Below are positions 44,108 to 55,400 of a stretch of DNA of 64,000 nt, one piece after another; the first letter of the stretch is position 1; every line of letters begins with the position of its first letter. The stretch is from the NCBI GenBank assembly GCA_040954595.2, contig CM082589.2, positions 524,988 to 588,987 on the forward strand. Direction: 5' to 3'. This stretch comes from Balanoglossus misakiensis (taxonomy: Eukaryota; Animalia; Hemichordata). The translations under genes were made by a program, and so were the position numbers. The notes under the pieces were generated by a model. The model ran no database searches, was not told the DNA's origin, and saw nothing but the letters and a program-made list of their open reading frames with translations.

Positions 44108-47100
44108 CATACATACATACATACATACATACATACATACATACATACATACATACATACATACATACATACATACATACATACATACATACATACATAC
44201 ATACATACATACATACGTACATACATACATGAAGGTATGTGTACTATATTGCATTTACTCACCCATAATTTCATCCATTTTTCTATTTGTGAATTTGTAC
44301 ACATACTGATTCATCTTAAGCTGACGTTTGATTTCATTCCATCCAATATTGTCGACTAAAATACCGTCAATCATGCCCATATTTTGTACAAGAAGTTCCA
44401 ACCACCTTTGCAAAAGGAAAAAGAAAAGGTCTCAGTATAAATGTTGTAAGGTGTAGATACCAGTGGATAAATAGAAATGACAGAAATTTCATTACAGTAT
44501 ATTTTCATATTAAAAACATCTTACATGTCGGAATCGGGTGCGTACTGCATTTGTGACTGCATTGTCACCATTTCCATCATTCTGAGGATTTGCGTCCAGT
44601 TATACAAGGTCTGCCAGGTCATCGTGATATTTGGAAGTAACATGATGTTGTCTGTGAATGACTGAGCATTGGCGATGAACAGGTCCCAATCAAATGGACT
44701 GACACTGAAGTTAAGATGGACACCATTTCCAAGTTCCTGGAGCTTGGACATCTAAGACAAAAGAATTGGAAATGTATTTAGATCAAAAGTGTCAAATAAA
44801 GTTCAACACAATCTTATTCTATGTAATGGTGATGTTTTATAGCATACAGCAACTTCAGTCGATAGGTCTGATAAGTTAAATTTTATTTCTTACCTCTTTT
44901 TCTAAAACATCAACTCTGTATTCGACTTTCAGTTCGTCTGCCAGTCTCAAGTAATTAACTTGACAAAGGTCATCCATGAAAGATACGTTTGTGGTCGGAG
45001 GAAACTCAAAGAAGTAACTTCTGATGTCATCATTACACAAGAGTTCGTCTGCCGTGTGTGCTGCCATGGCATTGGTCTTAAATAAAGAGTAACATTTTAT
45101 ATGTAACATGTACAGGTTCAAGCAATGTCCAATTAGAATACCTTGAACTTTCATAGTACATTGTCATTGTATATAAGGTCACTTCCATGAACTTGTCGAT
45201 TTATAGAAGTATGGATTAAGATTACTTTTCCTAATTGGTGTAATTCATCTCGTCAAATATGCAGATTATACAGGAAGGTTAAAACGTTCTCCTTACCTTC
45301 AATTGGTCATTCAAAGTTTCCAACGTGACCTGAAGGACATCTGGGAATTCCTTCATCAGACCTTGAATACCGTGAAGAAACAATTCAGTTTCATTACCCA
45401 TGACAACCATTGGGTCCTCTTCTGTTATAGCTGTAAATAAATCACACACAAAAATAGTAAGCACAACAAAGCACTATAATATGAGTTATCACTTTTTAAA
45501 ACTAAATGATAATCCACAATAATACTCACTCTGCCAGAGTTCGAAGTGCCTATTAACTGCTTCCATCAGTGAGTTAGCAAGATTAAACATTGGTCCGGCA
45601 ATTGTCCAAACTTCTGATTGCTCCATCATTTCGCCATACATACGAATTGTCATTGGAATCCTGTGGATTAAACATCATACAGTTTAAAGAAAGAACTTGT
45701 GATATTCTGACGTCTACCAAGTCTTGCTTTCATTGCACGAGCTACAGATACAAATAAAAATTAATTCATTATATATGCATACAACACTCACATTCCCAAT
45801 CCTGAATTAACCATCTCCATGTAACTCCCTCCTGCCTTTTCCACTGCTTCCAGAAGAATTCCTTCCATTCCAGATGCATCATGACCTTCAAACATTCCGG
45901 CTGTGCGGTTGAACATCGTCATAGTGTTCTCAGCCAGTTGTGACATGCTAATTAAGAATGCCTCCCAGTTGATTGGCTCACTGCTAACATTCACAGGTGT
46001 TCCCATCACAATATGCTGAATCTGAAAGATGAAGGATTAATTTTTTTGCGTGAATATACATCTATGTCAAAGTACTTGATAAAAGAATTGTCAAGCTGCA
46101 TACTACATGTAATAAACTGATCTTTTACAGAACAAATAGTCAGGAAAATCTCCAAAAATTGGTCCTTCTGTTTATAATTTTACAAGTTCACAATGAATAA
46201 ATATGTCTTACTTTAGTTATCAGGTCGTTCATAGGATATTGGTCGGTTCCTGCGACCAAATTGTCATAATTGACTTCGCAGAGGTAGTCGTCGAAGACCG
46301 ATTGGTTGAAATTTGGCGGAAAAGTCAGCCACTGTGAACGTCGCTCAGGATCACAAAATGCGACATGCCAATCCGTTATTTGGGAGATCATAGCAACCTT
46401 TGAGGAAAAAGAGAAGAGAAATAATGTAGATGAAACGATCAACTCAGCAAGTGCGGACCGGAAAATGAACATCAACTTATCACAACCTGTTTGTCGTAAA
46501 CAACATACTCTCTGAAATATCACTTACCTTCGACGGATCAGAAACTGTATTGATGAGGGTATCAACTACGACTGGTGCGTCCTGCAGCAACATATATACA
46601 CCATCATAAAACATCATCAAGTCTTGGTTTTCCAAGTCAATCTTACCATCGACGTAATCTGTAAGAAAATTAAATCAATATATTAATATCGATCAAATTG
46701 ATTAAATAAACGAGTATCTCTAACTACATAATAAAGATAAGTATTCTAACTGTGTATCATTAGCTGTGAGTCATACAACTAGGTCCAAGATACATGTAAC
46801 ATCGCTTACCAGAAAACATCTCAAGGTGATGGTTTAATGTGTTGACCATGTCATAGATCGTCTTGACAAAAGGTTCATAATGATTCCACATTTCAGTTTG
46901 TTCCAAGGTTGGCATCATAGACACCAAAATAGCAGGAAGGATCCTGTGAAAGAATACGTTGATGTAATGAAACAGTTTGAAATTAATTCAATGTATATAT
47001 CTAAACACACACATACATACATACATACATACATACATACATACATACATACATACATACATACATACATACATACATACATACATACATACACACACAT

Positions 47101-50100
47101 ACATACATACACATACATACATACATACATACATACAATGACAAAAACATCTTTAGTAGACTTGGACTCTTACATTTCTGGTATGTCAGCACTGGTCATT
47201 CCTCCTAAGTTCTGCATGATTTCCTGCGATATTTTATTCACAATGCTTGTCATATTCATGCCATTGATCATCATCATTGTCTCTTCGACTGCTTTTCCGA
47301 TATTTGCGTTCATTTTGTTAGAATCTTCCAAATATTGACTGTAGCTCCAGTCGACGGCTACTGCAGTTGTGTTTGATCCCATTCCGTCCACCTGGTGAAT
47401 CAGTTCACCGATGAACATTTCACGTTGCATTTCTTCAAAAAGTGTCTCCCAGTTGATTTGACACAAATTATCATCAATGATTGAGAAATCAAATGAAGAA
47501 TCAACAATTGGACGGACATCAGGATTACAAACAACTTCTGACCAATCATCGACTTGGGACAGCTGCTGTGCCTGAGATTAACAAAAGGGAAATAAAACAA
47601 CAAACACTCACAAATTATAGCGTTGTTCTTCTAAACAAACAGTCAATTTTCATTGGTGCACAGGTAATTGCTGAGACACATTTATATATGTGAAAATTAG
47701 GGGCCCAGGAAACAGTGTGGTAATTTAAAAGGCAATAAAGTTGTGTACCTGTTGTGGATCCATGAACATCATCAGAACCGTTTGAAGTAAACTTTGCATG
47801 TTGGTCTGGATGTAATATATACTGGTGTAAAACCTGATAAGTTCCGTTCCGTTTATTTCCATCCTGTTTTCTGCAAACCCTGAATGGGAATACATCATCA
47901 TCATCATTATCATCATCATCATCATCATCATCAAAAACGTTCAATTGTAATGAAGTAATCATATCACTACATACCTTCCATTATCTCAAAATGCTTATTA
48001 ACCATTTTAATGAAGAGATGTTGGGATTTGATTTGGTTTTCCATTTCTGGAAACAAACCCTGCATTCCGTCAAGCATCTGGCTCATCATCATCCCAGCGT
48101 TCTCGAAAACCCTGTGATGTAAAGAGAACATTATAGAATATTCTGCCTGTAATAATGGAGAACTGGGCTTCCTCTCAATCCATTACTTTAGAATAATGAC
48201 ACCACACTTTTTGCTACCACAGGAACTAAACGAGAAATCTACTTACTCTACTATTGGCATTTCCGGGGATACTTGAAACGGTGAAGCAGACATGTTCATA
48301 GAAGCCAACATTTCCATGACGGCAACTAAATCATAATATTCCACAAAAGTCATGGTAACGTTTCCCCACATATTCAAGTTCTCTGTCACAGTTTGTGCAG
48401 TCTTCATGTACGTTTCCCAGTCGAAAGGTTCGCCGCTTGCTGGGATGTCTATCCCATTCATCAGCTGTGCAAATTTCTCCATCTGTTTAAGGAAAAAACC
48501 CAGAAGTTTCTCAGCGCATGTGAAGAATATTATTAAAGCTCAATTCTATTCACACTGTAATCACACAGTAAGATAGATTTCGTTGTCTCAATTACTGAAA
48601 ATAAACACAGAATCTATTTGAAACTAACCTGTTCGTTCATTTGGGTCTGATAAAATTCTTCTGCAAATTCTTCAGAAAGAATAGTAATGTTGATGTTGCA
48701 TAGGTACAGGTCAAACACCGTCACATTTGCTGAAGGTGGGAAATCAAACAATTCCTGGCGTCGATCAACATCACAAAACATATCTTCCAAGGCTTCGAGG
48801 TCATCTATTGTCCCCATCTAAAATTTTGAGCACAAATTACATATACAAATGAAAAAATTAAGTTTTCATATTTGAAAATATTGTGAAAGAAATAATAAAA
48901 AGATACGACAAGAAAATTCAAATGGCACATACCACTTCTTGGTCCATGAGTACTGTCATTAGTGGTACCATCAAATCAGTTGGCTGTGACATAATTGCTA
49001 TTATCCCATTCAATAGTTTCGTCACTTCCGGTTGATCACTAAATACTTCTCCTCGGGATAATGCTACAGAAAGACGGATAATAATGGTTGTAAAGTACAA
49101 AGTAAAAAAGTCATACAAACAACAATGTAGGGCAACAGAGTGTCGCAACGGATATTTTTTTCCATTAATGCCAAAAGTGTACCCTCCATTAATAATTCAT
49201 TACCTTCTGCCATTTCAAATTGTTTGTTCATCGACATCATCATGTAATGGCTATACATCACCAATGGTTCCATCAGACGCCATTCTTCCATAGTTTCCAA
49301 AGTCTGACCAATAGCCAGCATCGTAGACGACAGACTACATAAAATAAAAATAAATACACAATGGGGATAAGATAATTTTCAAAGGATTTCATGAGAAATC
49401 ACACCAATGTGGAGAAGATTGTGTATGTTGATGAGAAAATGAAGAAATATCATGGTAAAAATAATGTGAAAGTAAAATGAAAAAAAAACATGAGGGTTAT
49501 TATTTTATAATCACAATCAAACATGGCCACCAGTGACCATAACAACGACACTGGTTGTCAGGGGAGGCTACGACCACAGGTGTAATGTTTCTCAGCTTCA
49601 AGAGAATATATTATTGTACTTACGACTCTTCTAAAGTCATTGGTGTTTGCATGCCAGTCAGTTGTTGTTGCATGACTTCAGTGATTCCTCCGATATCAAT
49701 ATCTTTGAATAAATTCATGAAAATGAAGTTCCAATCCATCGGATATGTAGACAGCTCTGTTAGTTGTTGCACCATCAGCATTGACTTTATGATGAGGGCA
49801 GTATAATTCGCATATACAAGGTGTTCTGGTGTCAAGTCGGTTGCACTTGTATCCAACACTTCTTGAAATATTGTGACCTGTAAATAAAGGCAGACGACAC
49901 CAAAATATTACATCCACATTCATGTACGATATGTATGTTAACAATGTGTTCGTTGTTAAAGTCTGTTGCCATGGTATCTACATTTCCCCTACTTGAAAAA
50001 AACAACTAAAAACACCTTAAACAAATCAGCCTTAAAACAGCGATTATCGAAAGTGGTTTGCTGAGATAAATATTGATAATACAATTCTTCAAATTTTATT

Positions 50101-52201
50101 TTATTTTATAAATCTTTATGTACCACTTGTTTTTTCCAGTTATTTTGTAGATACAATGTTTTTCTTTACCTTTTCCATTATTTCATGAGAATCCCATCTA
50201 AACATGAATTCTTCCATCATCTCCTCAATATCAAATTGACAAAGGGCATTCTTGACAACCGTTACGTTGACAGTGTCTGGGTACTGGATGAAATCGCCGC
50301 AGAAAATATTGCTTATGTTCAGACCATATATCGCAATTTCCTATCACAAAGAGAGTAAATATTACACGTATTAGTCACTGTACATCAATCAAAGATCATG
50401 GAAAGTAACTTCAATCTTGACCTCTGCAACTAAACTATGGATCTTTTCATACCTCAATGTTCGCTTGGTCAGAGAATGATTCCATAATGGCAGACATTAC
50501 ATCAGGACCGAGTTCCATGATCGTCGTTGCCATCTCAACGAAGGGGTCGTCCATCATGAAATTCATAATAGCAGGACCTATGACAAGGATAAAAGAAGTC
50601 ATTACATATTGCCAAAAGTTACTGATCTCAAGATTGAAATTTTAACTATATAATATTAAACATATAGAACAAAATAGATGAGAACTTCCCATAAGATTTT
50701 ATTTGTTATTTTCCATAACAACTGGCAATGATTGAGAGTTTGTTTCTGAATAGACATGACATATTCACCTTGCTGTGATTCACAAATGAAGCCCTCTGTG
50801 ACCAAACTGCAATTGTGTTTGTGCCATTCTCCATCAGATCCGAAATTTGCAACTGCGCAGTATTTTCTCTGTGTTTCGGACGCCCAGTTTTCGTATGTGA
50901 GACTTTCTCCATTTAGCCACTGCCATTGGTCACCATCCTGGCTTGACACTAGCTTCGCTCCTATCCATGTAGTGAAGCCAATACTGAAACATAGGGCAAA
51001 TTAAACACTTTATAACATTTCTATACCTTTACATGTAGTGTGGATACTTTTCTTGAGTCACCACTGAGTTTGTTGAGTCAGTGGCACATCATATGGGCTT
51101 GGGGGGGGGGGGGGGGGGGCACATTGTCACTTACATGAGAAATAGAATTTCACATACCAAGGTCCTGAGATCCTATTTTTCACACTCATCTGGCATATTT
51201 TGTCCCACACGAGTGTGACGAGCTGTGAGTGACAAAGAAATCCCCAATTCGTGTGAGAAATAGGTTCCTAGGTCCTTGGGAGTGTGAGATTCTATTAGTT
51301 TCAAAGTGAATGTAGAATAAAAAACTGTTACTTCCATACCTCATGCTCTCCAGTAATGCCTGTTCTTCTGCGGTCTCCACGGCAACCAGATGTGAGCCAA
51401 TCACAAGGCTGTCACAATGGGAGTTGGCGTCAACCATCGTCATTGTTTCCTCCACTGGCAAATAACATGATGTCTGTTCCTTCATCCAGTTTTCTGGACA
51501 ATATCTTTCGCCTATAACAGTGGAGAAAAGGGGATACATCTTAGCTTGGTATTTGCTATGAATGATCAACATCATTTAGAAAAATTGACTGATAATTTAC
51601 ATGGAAAACTTTATTGCCAATAAAGAATAGCATTTTCTTGCAGATAATGAGCTGTGCTCAATGGCCAATTTTGACATGAGTTACTATGCCTATCGCTTTA
51701 ATAGCTTTTGATTTTCTCCCTTGAAGATGGCGAGATCTTTTGGTAATAATTTTGTGGATAATCTTTACAGATAAGACACTTACCGGTAAGTTTTCCTGTA
51801 ACCAGCATGATGATATCAACAGCTAGGTTTTCCAAGATGGCCATCTTCTGGATTGTTGGCCACAACTGACTATTCTTCATGTTCTCCTCAAACAACCACA
51901 CGGTCAAACCTGTTCCTTTGTCCATCCACCAATCCAGGGTGGTGTTAGTGTTCCCTATTCCCTGTGCCAACTGATTCCATTTATCCAGGTTCAACCGCAG
52001 CAAACTATCCAGGAATTCCGGAATATCTTCCAGGACATGAGGCGGGATGGATTGGAGACTTTCAGATAATTCTTTCACTGAGTAGTACAAATCGACCCAG
52101 TCTACATCGAATAGGTTGTCCGACCTGTCATTGTACTTGTTCAACTGAAATAACAATAATGATGATTGTTAAGGATGTTGATGAATGGTGTTGATGAATG
52201 G

Positions 52202-52296
<95 letters not shown>

Positions 52297-52312
52297 GTGA
52301 CGGAGGTGGTGG

Positions 52313-52358
<46 letters not shown>

Positions 52359-52368
52359 AATGATGATC

Positions 52369-52412
<44 letters not shown>

Positions 52413-55400
52413 AATGATGATCATGATTATGATCATGATGATCATCATCATCATGAAGAAGCACAAAAAATGATCCACCGGCAGTGGCAGTAAGAGTAAG
52501 TAGCACTTGATTTTCAACCCATATACCACATTCAAACACCAACCTTCCTGTTCAATGATGTCTGCGGTTTCAATAGTATACAAAACTGATGATATATGCA
52601 ATATTCTAGGCAAACTGGGGTTAAATTTCGCAGTGCTATCCACGAAAAATGGGCTAACGTTCGAAGAGGAAGTCCCGAGGTCAAGAATGTGCCAGGTCGC
52701 GATTCGCAATTTGTAACGAAATTGTACCATGTCTCTTTCTGCTGAAAACGAAAGCACACGTCTCTTATAAAATCTCTTCCAACCGGGTTGTTTACGATCA
52801 TTTTATGGCTTAACATCCTGTTCCTGTAATTCAATTCCTTAAATTGCAGGAAGTAAAAAGCTACCGACCTCTTTAACTACTTGAGTCATATCCATCATTC
52901 TCCAGAGTTCGTCCAAAAGTTCTGTTGCGTTCATTGTGCACAGCGTCTCCTGAACGTATTCGACATCAGCGTCTTCGGGGAGATGAAATATTTCCTCCAG
53001 AGAGTTTGGATCGCATAAAGTGGCTGCTACTTGCTCTGAATCAGTCAGAAGGGCCCTCAGAATATCTGGTGAGATAGTGGCTTGCAGAAAAACCTCAGTA
53101 AGGCCGGGATCTTCAGCAAAAAACCGGTCGACAAACCTTGTGAAATCCGAACTGTTTCGGAACAGATCAGATAACAAGATTTGGCCATCTGGGGGAAAAG
53201 ACAGCAATGAATAAATTAATATTAGATCAGTCTATTTCCCAAGAGACCAATTGAAATATAGTTAACAAGATTTCCTAAAGATACATCATCTCACAGGGAG
53301 TTAGTTCGTCCAAATTATGTATGAAAAAGTTACTAGGAATCTCTGCGCTTACCGTCATCCCTGGAATCATCAATCTTCTCGTTGAAGAACTCCGACAGAA
53401 TCCCTATCTGGCGAATTCCCTTCCTGACATTGACCCACTCAGTGGCATTTCCAAAGACCTCGTCTAGTGTGTCAATCACATGTTTGAATCTGGGGAGAAA
53501 ATGTAAAACAATACAGAATCATCAGCAAATGACAATTTCCATCAGTTTTGCCCAGTTAACTCCACCAGTCAATACATCAAAACATTTCTCTTTTCTCAAT
53601 ATTCACTCCGCACTAAAATGATATAGTCTTTTACTCACATGGCACTTTCCAAATCCAAGAATTCGGTCGAGAAGACATCATAAAGTTCCTGTAACTTCGG
53701 AATGATGTCAATGAATTCGATCAACTTGGGGAAGTCCTCCAATAATTGGCCAATATCTTGGATGTCTCCAACGCCTTCCAACAAAATGGCCAGATCATTC
53801 ATCACTTTATCCCAGTTGTATTTTCCAAATAAATTCAGTAAATCTGAAAACTAAACGAAACACGAGGGCAGAGAATTGGTTATGAAGTGAAATGACGCTA
53901 AACAAAATATATGGAAGTCACATTAAAGTCACAATGGTGTAAAAGAACAAAAAAGTTTCAGGAAAGTCTCCGTGATTTCCTTGGTTGCCTTGTCGAATTT
54001 TGTAAGTTCCCAATCTTTCTGTTCGATCATTGCATCTCAGGGCATCGTGGGTGGACTAACCTCTGTCAAGAGAAACGCCACATCGAGTTGTTGCTGAAGT
54101 TCTTCCACCACTAACGGTATTTGTGAGTCGGTAATATTACACAACGATTTCACCACATTGGTGACGTTGGCGTCCTCTTGAAACTCCAAGTATCCCGTCA
54201 ATTCCGTCTCATTGCATGCGATGGTTTTGAAACTGAAGCCAGCCAGTAAATCAAATATCTGTTGAATGATAGAAAGGGCATGTTAGTCTTTTAATCAACA
54301 TTATATATTCGTGTTTTGTTATTAGACAATATTTAATATCACTGAAGTTGACTGCAAATTGTCATATCTGATAACTGTGAGCATTGATAAAGTCTGAAGG
54401 CGACACCGATGCCGGTTTTGAAAACGGCTCAATGCGTCCAAAAGTATCGCATGGCCAAGCTTTGAATATTAGTCAACGTCGGTAAGATTTTAATAGCATA
54501 AATGTTGACATAGCACTGTGCCGACTTCTACATTATAGTGGCCGAAAGTGGAGAATATTCGACCTAAGAGGGCGCACACCAACTTACCCTGTTGATATTT
54601 ATAGTAGCATTCAAAAAGACATCCAGAATCTCTTCTTCAATCCCCGCTTCATCCCTGAGGTAACTTTTCACATATTCTGGATCTTTTAAAATATCTCTCA
54701 CTTTGTATTCTTTTCCTGAAATCCAGAAGATCACCAGTTCAAAAGAAAGATGCATGGTTAGTAATAATAACAGTTTTACTGAAAATTGGCCGAACAGAAT
54801 TAGTTTCGAGACACTGCAGGTATGAACTCGATTGAAGTAAACAACTTGACAACAGGGGGCATGTGGTGACACGCCCTTAACCGACCTTGACGTTATTTTT
54901 AGCAATAAAATGCGTAACAGACGAGCGATCGAAGAGTTCAAAGAAATTTCTGATGTACATTCTAGATAAAAGAACATTTCCCTACCTGTGAGATTTTGGA
55001 TTCCTTGATTGATTGTCGATGTCAGCTCGTTGATTGGCTGAACATTGTAAGATAAATTTCTCAACTGTTGCAACAATGTATCGTTTACAAAGAGTGGTTG
55101 AAGCTCTTCTAGTATATTTGATATTCTGAAAAAAATACAGGAATTCGGCGACGTTAGAGTTCAAAGCATGTGTGTGTCGACATTACTCGGAAACTGCATT
55201 TAATACTCTGGGCAAATCTGGAAAAAGTTCAGACTCGAGTCTTTATTTATATCTCAGCCGCCAATGCGACCTGTATATTAGCATATTACTTACTGTGCAC
55301 CTGCATAAGCTGGAATTTGATTACTTGGCGTAGTCATGTTATTTTGGCACTGGTTCTGCATATCACACATAAATGATTGCATGAACGGCATAAGGCCACT

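Larger units (their letters stand above)
21775..55126 (-). repeat. Coding tandem array of about 24 modules of ~225 aa (mostly 4 exons each) forming the expanded ECD1
   Basis: Recurring exon types A ([32 protein letters not shown]..QPEK), B (WNETLCD-x23-C..AELxxQ), C ([14 protein letters not shown]..PIFPSL..NGTFW) and D (WLDLL..AWNEIK..YKYxNGRL). I count 24 Cys-pair B segments between ~54260 and ~21775. Confidence 0.9.

Noticed and set aside
43966-44359. YIHT and MYVC repeat ORFs (also 46880-47338)
   Set aside because: (TACA)n microsatellites are stop-free in several frames; they are intronic.
32309-44406. CRISPR-like array or cluster of separate small genes
   Set aside because: The periodic units are spliceosomal exons with GT-AG boundaries and no own start, signal peptide or stop; there are no identical short direct repeats or cas genes.
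52128-52757. Poly-His, poly-Asp, poly-Met and poly-Ile ORFs
   Set aside because: Translations of an intronic (GAT)n microsatellite; the flanking ABCA exons (52870 and 52144) join in phase 0 without it.
10687-53621. Many short plus-strand ORFs
   Set aside because: They are antisense shadows of minus-strand exons with no recognisable motifs.
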